Below are positions 37,381 to 45,197 of a stretch of 64,000 nt of DNA, in pieces. The stretch is from Nitrospinaceae bacterium. GTDB lineage: Bacteria > Nitrospinota > Nitrospinia > Nitrospinales > VA-1. The first letter of the stretch is position 1. The number at the start of each line of letters is the position of its first letter. The stretch covers positions 778 through 64,777 of the forward strand of contig JAESTE010000006.1 in assembly GCA_016763735.1 (NCBI GenBank), in the 5' to 3' direction. The notes below the pieces were generated by a model. It saw nothing but the letters and a program-made list of their open reading frames with translations, was not told the DNA's origin and ran no database searches. The position numbers and the translations under genes were made by a program.

Positions 37381-38574
37381 TACAAGTCTGCAGCGGCTGG
37401 GTCGGCCCGAAATCGCTTTTGCGCGCGCTGGATGATTTCCTTTGCCATCTCGCCTACACACTCACGTATTCCGTGCATGGCCTGCTCGTCGTGAGTGGCT
37501 TGTGTTCGGAGCAGGGCGTCGCGTGTCCTTTCCAGAACCTTCCGTTGACGGTCGTTCTCGTCGAGGTCTCCTAGAACGACCTTTAGATCGTCCTCGACGC
37601 GCTTCCGGGCTTTGTGCATTTTGGGAACCATCGTTGCACGATACCGCTGGTACGCCAGCTCCTCGAACGTATCCATTGCACTGCGTGTCTTGCTTGCCAA
37701 GGGAGGCGTCCGCACGTTGGGAGTTGCAGCGGATGTCTTGGGGTTGCTGGACGAAGAGGATGCAGAGGCCGGTGCCTTGGGACCGCTGGGCACAGGGGGC
37801 GCGACGGCTGCTGCTGCGGCGTGCTCCCGTACCTTGATGGTTGGTATATCCTGGGTGAGGTTGACCACGTGCGCCTTCATATGTTCGGTGGCGGGCGCCC
37901 GGGATGCAGCCTCAGGTACCGCGGCTGGCGCGGGGTCCTTCTCGTCCTGGTCGTCCTCGCTCCTGTTCTGGTCGTCGTCTTCGCCTCGGCTGCGGACAAA
38001 TGCACGGTTGTCTTCGGTGTCGTCTTCGGTATGTTCGTCGCTGTCTCCTTCGCTGTCTTCGTCCTCCTCGTCCTCCTCGTCGTCGTAGTCGTCGCTGTCT
38101 GTGCGCCCAGACACTGACCGTGCCGTGACACGTTCACCTCCATCTTTGCAATGGTTGCAGCGTTGCTTCTCGTATCGCAGTCCACGCAGATAGCGCACAT
38201 CGCTCGCGCACCTGCACATCAAACCATGTCATGCACGGCTCACTGCGCGCCACACAAGCAGCAACTCACTTGGCGCAAACGACCACGCGACACTCGACAC
38301 ACATCCGGCCGTTCACAGCCAGTAGGTCCTGGCCTGACCACACAAGTTTTGTGCAACACACGACACAGTCGAGCAGCCAGCCTCTGTCCACCCGCGGAGG
38401 ACACGCGTTGCGCACTTTCAAGCATTCCTGTACGCAAAGATCACCACACCTGATGACATGCACACCTCCACACCGCGCATCCACCTGGCAAATCGAGATC
38501 CCCGGGACACCGGGCAGTTTGTGGTGGGTGGTGAGCGGGTGCGCACCTTGGGTGCGGCAGACCGCACAAGTCAT
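37377..38574 (-). CDS. cysteine-rich zinc-finger / acidic coiled-coil protein (spliced, two exons)
   Basis: Exon 1 is 38270-38574 (true ATG, MTCAVCR...). The intron is 38212-38269. Exon 2 is 37377-38211. The splice joins AA|G so that ...CVECRVVVCA-K-CASDVRYL...CNHC reads through. CxxC pairs lie on both sides of the junction. There is an acidic tract and a C-terminal helical region. Confidence 0.6.
38212..38269 (-). other. 58-nt spliceosomal intron
   Basis: In minus sense the sequence reads GCGCCAA|GTGAGTTGC...TTTGATGTGCAG|GTGCGCG. The donor removes the TGA that ends track ORF 38266..38574. The phase-2 junction fits the frame of ORF 37377..38222 exactly. Confidence 0.6.
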
Positions 38575-38843
38575 GACGACACGCCTGCACGGTGAAGGGT
38601 GGTGTCAGGAGACGTGCACACACACAACAACAAGGTGGCGTACGGCATCTTCCCAGAGGTTGCGCGGTTTCCGCGGATACCACACATAAACCTATCCCAC
38701 ACAAAATCCCGAACGGACACGGACGGGCACACGGGCTGCAGCGCCTCGGCCGATCAGGTCATGCCAATCGCGACAACCAGAGTTCCAAGTCACGGGTTGT
38801 GTGGGTGCCGCTGGGGGTCTCGATCCGATCTAATCTTGCCACC

Positions 38844-39266
38844 ATGTCTTTCTGTTCCATGACTCCTCTGCCCTACGTCCGCCCTCTCTCCCCCTTTGGC
38901 ACCGCGTCCGAAGTCGCCGTCACCCATATCGTGGGCCGCACCACCTCCATCCTGGAACGCATGTCCTTCCACCTGGACGGGTCCAAGCCCATTGACCGGT
39001 CTTTGGCACTGACACTGATCAACCACGTGATGGGACTGAGTGACTTGTCGAAATCCCTGTGTGTGGACGGGGCCACAGACGACGACTTGCCGGCTGAAGA
39101 CCTTACCTGGAGACTGATCATCATGGGCCTCAACAACATGGCGTCCATGCTGGCGCAAATCGGCATAGGCACCGTGTTCCCCTCTCAAATGCAGCCGCGC
39201 TGGTCCACCCCTGAACTCTCTTCGTCTTCGTCCTCGCCCGAGGGCTCCGTGTCCGAACACTTGTAA
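38844..39266 (+). CDS. hypothetical small protein (140 aa)
   Basis: The first ATG of the frame with a strong context is gccaccATGt at 38844. The upstream part of track ORF 38592..39266 is Arg/His/Gly-rich and unlikely to be coding. Ser-rich C-terminus. Confidence 0.5.
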   Translation: MSFCSMTPLPYVRPLSPFGTASEVAVTHIVGRTTSILERMSFHLDGSKPIDRSLALTLINHVMGLSDLSKSLCVDGATDDDLPAEDLTWRLIIMGLNNMASMLAQIGIGTVFPSQMQPRWSTPELSSSSSSPEGSVSEHL

Positions 39267-39286
39267 CCTTTGATTCGATAAACCAC

Positions 39287-40120
39287 ATGCCTTCACCTCT
39301 TACCATTGCATCCACCATGGGTTCGTGTGACAGCTGCCTCGTGGACGACGCGGTACGGGTGGAGCGGGTGCAGGGCAAATCCAATGAGCTGTTGGGCAAC
39401 ACCTTGAAGGTGCAGCAACGCACCCTGGAGGCGGCACTTGGGACCTTGCAGAAGACCGAACTGGCCGTGAAGCGCCTGCGGATCAAGGCCAGAGAGTTGA
39501 ACAAGGGCCCCACCCAGTCGATGAAGGTGGCGATGCAGCGCGAACTGGTCAAACGTAGGCAAGCAGACCGGGCGGTGAAGGCCAGCCAGGCCAACATCTC
39601 CCGCACCCACGGCATGATGAACATGGTCACCAAGCTCGGGGACGCCCATACCACAGCGCAACTGCAGAAGGACTTGCAGAAGAACTTCAAGAAACTCAAG
39701 CTGGACCCAGAGAGGTTAGAGAAGTTGATGGAGACCGGGGGCGACATCAACGACAGCATCGAGGAGGTGGCCAGCATTGCAGACCAGTTCACGGGCGGAG
39801 ACAACGTGGACGCCGAGGTGGAAGAAGAGATGGAGAGCATCTGGAACATGGACGGCGACGACGAGTTGTCCACCAACGAAGAGGTGAACTACGACCTGAG
39901 CAAGACTATGCCCGACGGACCCTTGGAGGATCTGGAGGAAGAGGAGAACGGGACGGGGATGTCACACCTGGGCAAGCGAGGACTCGTCAAGAACCCCAGC
40001 ATCAAGGAACAGGTGCATATAGGCCAAGGGTACCGCCAGCTGAGCCACGCCGAGCAGTTGCTGAACCAAACCACCAATCTGGAAGACGTCAACTTGAAGG
40101 TTTTGGTCAACACCGAATGA
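39287..40120 (+). CDS. ESCRT-III (Snf7 family, CHMP2/Vps2-like) protein
   Basis: By-eye alignment to human CHMP2A. LKVQQRTLEAALGTL aligns with LRQNQRALNRAMREL. AMQRELVKRRQ aligns with IMAKDLVRTRR. ASQANISRTHG aligns with LMRANIQAVSL. KKLKLDPERLEKLME aligns with RQLKLPQIQKIMME. An acidic helix DAEVEEEMESIW follows. An alternative start at 39317 (caccATGg) gives MGSCDS, an N-myristoylation consensus. Confidence 0.65.
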   Translation: MPSPLTIASTMGSCDSCLVDDAVRVERVQGKSNELLGNTLKVQQRTLEAALGTLQKTELAVKRLRIKARELNKGPTQSMKVAMQRELVKRRQADRAVKASQANISRTHGMMNMVTKLGDAHTTAQLQKDLQKNFKKLKLDPERLEKLMETGGDINDSIEEVASIADQFTGGDNVDAEVEEEMESIWNMDGDDELSTNEEVNYDLSKTMPDGPLEDLEEEENGTGMSHLGKRGLVKNPSIKEQVHIGQGYRQLSHAEQLLNQTTNLEDVNLKVLVNTE

Positions 40121-40181
40121 ACTTGACGTGAACCCCCTGTACACATTTGAATTTACGAAAGTATTTCTCAAGTCTTCCGCG

Positions 40182-40710
40182 AAGTATTTCCTAAGTATTC
40201 GACAAGTATTCCTTCGAGAGACTTGAGAAATACTTGTTGAATACTTGAGAAATACTTGTCAAATACTTTGTACCGAGATTCTGCTGAAGTCCGATCGAGA
40301 GGGGGGGTAGGGTCTTGTTCCCCCCTAACCGACCGGTGCCTTTTCGGTGAATAAATAGGTTCACCTTTTGTGACAGCAATCAATTAACCGAGATGTCAGG
40401 AACCGTGAAACCTATAAGGTGGGGTTTTATGATATAGTCGGTAGATGATTGACTGGTACTATGCACAGTAGGACTAGTCCATCCTGGATTAATACCCAAA
40501 CTATACCCCGGGGATAAACCTATTTACCGTTTGAGAACATAGTCCCGAAAATACACCGATCGGTTAGGGGGGAACAAGACCCTACCCCCCCTCTCTATTG
40601 GACTTCATGAGAATCTCGGTACAAAGTATTTGACAAGTATTTCTCAAGTATTCAACAAGTATTTCTCAAGTCTCTCGAAGGAATACTTGTCGAATACTTG
40701 AGAAATACTT
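40182..40710. repeat. large imperfect palindrome (157-bp arms, about 215-bp AT-richer centre)
   Basis: Left arm 40182-40338 and right arm 40554-40710 are reverse complements at more than 90 percent identity by eye. The arms are built from AAGTATTTC/GAAATACTT sub-repeats plus GGGGGGTAGGGTCTTGTTCCCCCC. Weaker symmetry continues inward (40345-40365 versus 40512-40530). The element lies in the 708-nt gap between convergent genes. Confidence 0.85.
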
Positions 40711-40828
40711 GGTGGAAACCTTACAAAAACTTCAGCTCGACTCGCAACACTACGAAGTGCGAACCTCCTCAGGATGAACGCAGAGAAAAGGGGGTGCACA
40801 GGAGACTTGGGAAATTTCTCAAAAACCT

Positions 40829-42748
40829 TTAGTTCACGTAACTTTGCACCAGATCACACAACACACTGGGCAGACGACGGTTGTGAAACAGCGCCTGACG
40901 CGTGACCTGTGCGGCCGACATGCCTGCGGCGGTAGTGGTAAGGGCCATCCAAGGCAGGGTGTGTGCCTGGGCACAGAACGCCCGCACAGTCTCCGAGCAC
41001 ACGCATATGACGCGCGCCTCACTTCGTGTGTCGTCAACCTCCAGGTCTGGAGAGAACACACACTTCACCGGTCGTTCGTGATAAGACGGGGCGGTGTACC
41101 AAGTGAAACAGTCCTTCTTGTCGCGCGGCTGGTACACGGTCAACGTGAGCTCTCCTCCCCCTGGGTTGCGGGAGTAGACGTCTCCCGCCAGCGACCAAGG
41201 CAGGTCGTACACGGCAACGTGTGTGCACCGTACGGTACCTCCTGGATTGGCGTAATTGCTGTCTGGGCCGATGACAAAGTCCACCACAAGTTCCAGTGTC
41301 AGGGTCATGGACATGATACAGGGGTCGTACGCCAGAAGCAGCACCCTCAGCGAGTGCAGATGGATCAACGTACTGCATCCCGCCACGAGTCCGTCAGGGT
41401 AGCCGACCGGAGCCAGGTCCATCATGTCGGGGTCGAGGGACACGGGGCCCGGGTCGCGCGGGCACAGGTCGGCGGTGTTGATCAAGGGAAACGCACTGTC
41501 TTCCTGGTGCAGTATGTCGTATATGAGTAGCGCCGCGCGTACCCGGTTTGTGTGACCTCTGAACCCGGGCCGGGCCTTTTCAGACTCGAAGAATACCGGG
41601 GGAGGCAGTCGGTCGTGGTCTTCGCAGAAATGTGCGTACACTTGCTTGAGGGCAGTGACGCGCTGGTTGGCGATGCGGGCCAGGGAATGGGGGATGACAG
41701 GGGCCAGGGTGCGATGGAAACGACGAAGTACACACTCCAGTGCACACTCGTCACCAAACAACACGAACTCGGCGGCGTGCTCCACGCCGAGCAGCTCCGA
41801 GAAGGTCCATGGGACGAGGTCCACGGACCGTGGCAAGAATACGGGAGGCAGCGCGAACAACTCCTCTGCGGCAAACGTCGAGCACGCCTTGTGGAATTGG
41901 ACGTGGTAGTTGGCGAGGGGGTCGAAGTACACGACACTCCTCCCGCCGTTGCCCACGGACAGGCGGCACCCCAACTTGACCATGTCGTGGTACAGTCCCA
42001 CGGTCATCATGCGAGACAACATGGACATCATCGCGGTAGGTTCGGAACACTGGAACGCAGACACTAGTGATGTGACGTCGGCACTGTACCAGTCGAGGTC
42101 CCGCTCGGTAAAGGTTGTGAGGGGCAGGGGAAGGGTGTGGATGGAGCCGACCAGCACAGGAGCCTGTCCATGCAGAGAACGACGCGAGAGGTGCATGAGG
42201 TCGTTCCCGGCCAGGTTAGACGCGGACGCGTTTGGGGCACGGTAATTATGGTCGAGTTTGTCGAGTCGACCCCAGTACGTGTCCATGGACAGCGAGGAAA
42301 TGCCGTCGGGGCGTCGTCGTGTCCGACCTTGAGCCTTCCATTCACGAGACCCTTCCACGCCTGTGGTGAACAGCCCGCCGCAACGCACAGGGGATGCCAT
42401 GAAGTCGCGTACATCGCCGAGAATGGTTACTTGGGCTGTGCTGGCACGTCCGGGTAAACAAAGCACCATGATCTTGGCACGCTGACGTGCGTCCAGGCAC
42501 CCGAAGTCGACAGGGGCCTGGTCGATGAGGTACTGGACAGTGGGGGTGATGGCGTACGTTTGGCGGAGCCCTCGGGTCCCGCCCACGGGGTCCAGGTCGG
42601 CGAAGGACATACGTGACGGGGCATGACGCTTGGGCTGTATCTCGGGAGGCATACGAGACGACGCGGCCTGGCTGCGATGAGGCGGAGTGTAGGGCAGGAC
42701 CTTGCGCTTGCGCGTGGAGAGGTCATCAGGGTCCATGGCACTTGACAT
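40829..42748 (-). CDS. family A protein, paralog 2
   Basis: The track ORF runs to 42997 across the promoter motifs and the neighbouring gene's 3' end. The ATG at 42748 gives MSSAMDPDD. It shares TADLCPRDPG, IPHSLARIANQRVTALKQVY and the C-terminal LPSVLCDLVQSYVN with its paralogs. Confidence 0.6.
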   Translation of the reverse strand: MSSAMDPDDLSTRKRKVLPYTPPHRSQAASSRMPPEIQPKRHAPSRMSFADLDPVGGTRGLRQTYAITPTVQYLIDQAPVDFGCLDARQRAKIMVLCLPGRASTAQVTILGDVRDFMASPVRCGGLFTTGVEGSREWKAQGRTRRRPDGISSLSMDTYWGRLDKLDHNYRAPNASASNLAGNDLMHLSRRSLHGQAPVLVGSIHTLPLPLTTFTERDLDWYSADVTSLVSAFQCSEPTAMMSMLSRMMTVGLYHDMVKLGCRLSVGNGGRSVVYFDPLANYHVQFHKACSTFAAEELFALPPVFLPRSVDLVPWTFSELLGVEHAAEFVLFGDECALECVLRRFHRTLAPVIPHSLARIANQRVTALKQVYAHFCEDHDRLPPPVFFESEKARPGFRGHTNRVRAALLIYDILHQEDSAFPLINTADLCPRDPGPVSLDPDMMDLAPVGYPDGLVAGCSTLIHLHSLRVLLLAYDPCIMSMTLTLELVVDFVIGPDSNYANPGGTVRCTHVAVYDLPWSLAGDVYSRNPGGGELTLTVYQPRDKKDCFTWYTAPSYHERPVKCVFSPDLEVDDTRSEARVICVCSETVRAFCAQAHTLPWMALTTTAAGMSAAQVTRQALFHNRRLPSVLCDLVQSYVN

Positions 42749-42786
42749 TGTGTGGCAGAGTTGGTTCAGGGAATCGACGGAGAAAT

Positions 42787-42808
42787 GTCGACACCCAACT
42801 GAGTCGAC
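42787..42808. promoter_or_regulatory. two GTCGAC motifs upstream of family A paralog 2
   Basis: GTCGAC at 42787 and 42803. In gene sense this reads AAATGTCGACTCAGTTGGGTGTCGACATTTC, 40-60 nt upstream of ATG 42748. Confidence 0.45.
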
Positions 42809-42831
42809 ATTTGTGGAAACTAGTCGGAGGT

Positions 42832-44310
42832 TTAATACAAATAATCTGTCACAACCTCTGACAGGGCACGGGGGAACGCAGCCCGGCGCTCCAACATGGC
42901 GCGGGTCCCGGCCACGAACCGGTGCTGATGGGCCAGTTTGCGCACCACGTACCAGGGTAGGTCCTTGATCTGGGTGACCATCTGTCCCGCGGCACACTCC
43001 AAGGTGGCTATGTATATATCAGAATCGTGTACGCCTCGGACCTTGCCCTGAAAGCCCGTGGCGAGCGATCTGGTTGTATGTTCGCTCCAGTGCAGCGCGT
43101 GTGCGTGATGGACGGCATGGGTGGGGCGGTGGAGGGTGTACTCTGCGATGACGTCCACAATACGCGCTTCGGACGGAGGCTTCATCTGCTTAGGCGAGTC
43201 CACCGCAAGGGGGTAGATGAGTGTCGTCAGGCCGAGACGCATGGTCAGGATCCCGTGGCCGGCGTGATAGTCCAGGCTGAGGAGGGCAATGTCACGGACC
43301 CAAGTCCGGTAGACGGGGGTGGTGCAGGTCATGCAGCAGGACATGTGGAGAGGGCACACGTCGGCTGAGGTCGCGGCGTTCACCACCCGTTCCACATCTC
43401 CTGGTCCCAGACCACGCAGTGCCTCGGACAAATAGTCAAACTGGCGTCCGTACCTCCAGCTGCCGCCCCAGCTGCCGTCCGGTACAGTAACTTTGCATGA
43501 CTGGGGGTTCTCGTGAGGGGTGTCCATACGCAGGGTTGAGGCGGGGGCAGGGTCATAGGTAATGTGGAACGAATCGTACAACTCCTTCAGGTCGGCGACG
43601 CGTTCGTGTGCGATGGTGATGGCCATATTCCATAGGGCCGGGACGATGATCGTGCGCAGCGCGTTGTCGAGAGGTTCGGCAGCTGCGACGCTCCTCCCTT
43701 GCGTGAAGTCTTCGGCTTCGCGGCGACTCAATTTGCACGGAATACCACGTGGTTTCACACAGTCCAGAGTATCGGGTGGAGGCGGGTAAGAGAGATGGTA
43801 TGCGTCAAAGGGGACGTGTGCCCACCCGCCTCCACCCGTGCAGGGATCTTTACCGCGTGCAACCCATTGTTGGCTGAGTCCCAACGCCATCATGCGTACG
43901 GTGCTCTTGAAGACAATACTGTAGGAGTGCAGGTCGCGGTTCCTCTGGGGGGACACAAGGAAGGTCCAGTCGAGCAACGTCTTGTCTATCCAACGCAGAT
44001 CCTTAGAGGTTCGGGTGGACTCGGGCATGGTGTGAGTGGTACGAAAGGGGAGTACGACCACGTCCATCAGCTGACGAGCGGCCGCGTGCTGTGTCAGGCG
44101 TGAAATCTTGAGGTCGGCCTCGAGGAACACCGTGGAGTAGCCAATGGTAGGGACAATGTTCAGAAGAAACGGTTCCTCGTTGCGTCGGGCGGCGGACTTG
44201 GTCTCGTCCATCAACCTCTGGCGGGAGTGCCGGGTCGTTTCCAAGTATTCAGAGGTCGTGGCCATCCTGGGGCGTTTCACTGGAGTCGACGACGAGGCAG
44301 CAGCAGACAT
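42832..44310 (-). CDS. family A protein, paralog 3
   Basis: The track ORF starts with TTG at 44328; the first ATG is at 44310. It shares SADVCPLH, VPALWNMAITIAHERVADLKELY and the C-terminal FPRALSEVVTDYLY with its paralogs. ATTAAA (42831-42836, minus sense) overlaps the TAA stop. Confidence 0.6.
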   Translation of the reverse strand: MSAAASSSTPVKRPRMATTSEYLETTRHSRQRLMDETKSAARRNEEPFLLNIVPTIGYSTVFLEADLKISRLTQHAAARQLMDVVVLPFRTTHTMPESTRTSKDLRWIDKTLLDWTFLVSPQRNRDLHSYSIVFKSTVRMMALGLSQQWVARGKDPCTGGGGWAHVPFDAYHLSYPPPPDTLDCVKPRGIPCKLSRREAEDFTQGRSVAAAEPLDNALRTIIVPALWNMAITIAHERVADLKELYDSFHITYDPAPASTLRMDTPHENPQSCKVTVPDGSWGGSWRYGRQFDYLSEALRGLGPGDVERVVNAATSADVCPLHMSCCMTCTTPVYRTWVRDIALLSLDYHAGHGILTMRLGLTTLIYPLAVDSPKQMKPPSEARIVDVIAEYTLHRPTHAVHHAHALHWSEHTTRSLATGFQGKVRGVHDSDIYIATLECAAGQMVTQIKDLPWYVVRKLAHQHRFVAGTRAMLERRAAFPRALSEVVTDYLY

Positions 44311-44312
44311 GA

Positions 44313-44403
44313 GTCGACAGCAGGTCAAGTGAACGTTTGGGATAATTTTACATAAAACATCGACTCAAGTCGACACCCGAGTCGACTCCTAACACAAGTC
44401 GAC
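44313..44403. promoter_or_regulatory. cluster of four GTCGAC motifs upstream of family A paralog 3
   Basis: GTCGAC at 44313, 44369, 44381 and 44398, with a fifth at 44285 inside the coding start. In gene sense this reads AATGTCGACTTGTGTTAGGAGTCGACTCGGGTGTCGACTTGAGTCGATG. Confidence 0.5.
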
Positions 44404-45192
44404 ATTGGTCAACAAAGGCCCTTCCGTGGGCTCCATGGTCTTGACCACCGAAGAGGTCAGGATACCCAGAGACTCGAGTGCGTCCCCTGTCCAGTCTACC
44501 GGGGGCAGGTCGTCGAAGTGGGCCGGGAACCCCAGGTGGGCGTCCCAGTCCATCACATGGCCCACAGGCAAGGGGGTGTCAAGTGTGGAGTACGACAGAG
44601 GCATGCACTTGTTCTCGGTCATGAACGCGTCGATTATGGGCAGAAGCACCGACAGCTGGCGTCCAATGACCACCACTGAACTGCGCGACATGTCTTCACA
44701 CTTATGACGCCACTCTGCGAACGCCTGGGCCGCCTCGTCTCGATGCACGGCATGTTGCGTGAGCTTGGTCCAGAACGCAGGACGTTTGGCCCACGACGAG
44801 GCCAGGTCGCCCTTGCGCACGTGACGGATGTTGCAGCCTTGCAGGGACACAGAGAAGGTAGAGATTGACTCCTTCTTGAGCCAGGCCTCTTGTCCGAAGC
44901 AGGTGGCACGGAGAGAGCGCAACTGCTGCGTGCCCTCCGGTGCCGTCACGAGGTACGACAGGTTGGCCGACACACACATGAACACGGGACGAGACGTGGT
45001 CCAGTTCTGACGGTGCAAGGCAAACCCAAAGATGTCCGCAGCCTTCTTGAGCACTTTGTTGGTGGCGACCGTGGTGTTCGTGGGCATCAGGGCGGGCATG
45101 TCGTCCGCTAACGATGGGTCTTCGTCGGGAGGGATGTCGGGCAAGATGTCCTTGTTGGGAAAGAACAGAGTCTCTTGCTGTACAACATACAT
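44389..45192 (-). CDS. hypothetical protein (267 aa)
   Basis: True ATG at 45192. No motif recognised. The start codon abuts the ATTAAA hexamer of the upstream gene. Confidence 0.55.
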   Translation of the reverse strand: MYVVQQETLFFPNKDILPDIPPDEDPSLADDMPALMPTNTTVATNKVLKKAADIFGFALHRQNWTTSRPVFMCVSANLSYLVTAPEGTQQLRSLRATCFGQEAWLKKESISTFSVSLQGCNIRHVRKGDLASSWAKRPAFWTKLTQHAVHRDEAAQAFAEWRHKCEDMSRSSVVVIGRQLSVLLPIIDAFMTENKCMPLSYSTLDTPLPVGHVMDWDAHLGFPAHFDDLPPVDWTGDALESLGILTSSVVKTMEPTEGPLLTNVDLC

Positions 45193-45197
45193 TTAAT
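45192..45197 (-). terminator. ATTAAA hexamer bridging a stop codon and the next start codon
   Basis: In minus sense the sequence reads TGATTAAATG. TGA is the stop of the nuclease gene (45199-45197), ATTAAA is 45197-45192, and ATG starts the next gene (45192-45190). The poly(A)-signal role is inferred. Confidence 0.35.

Noticed and set aside
40182-40710. A firm call of the 40-kb palindrome as a transposable element (MITE).
   Set aside because: I could not find target-site duplications flanking the arms and cannot count copies elsewhere. It is kept as a repeat, with MITE and origin as alternative hypotheses.
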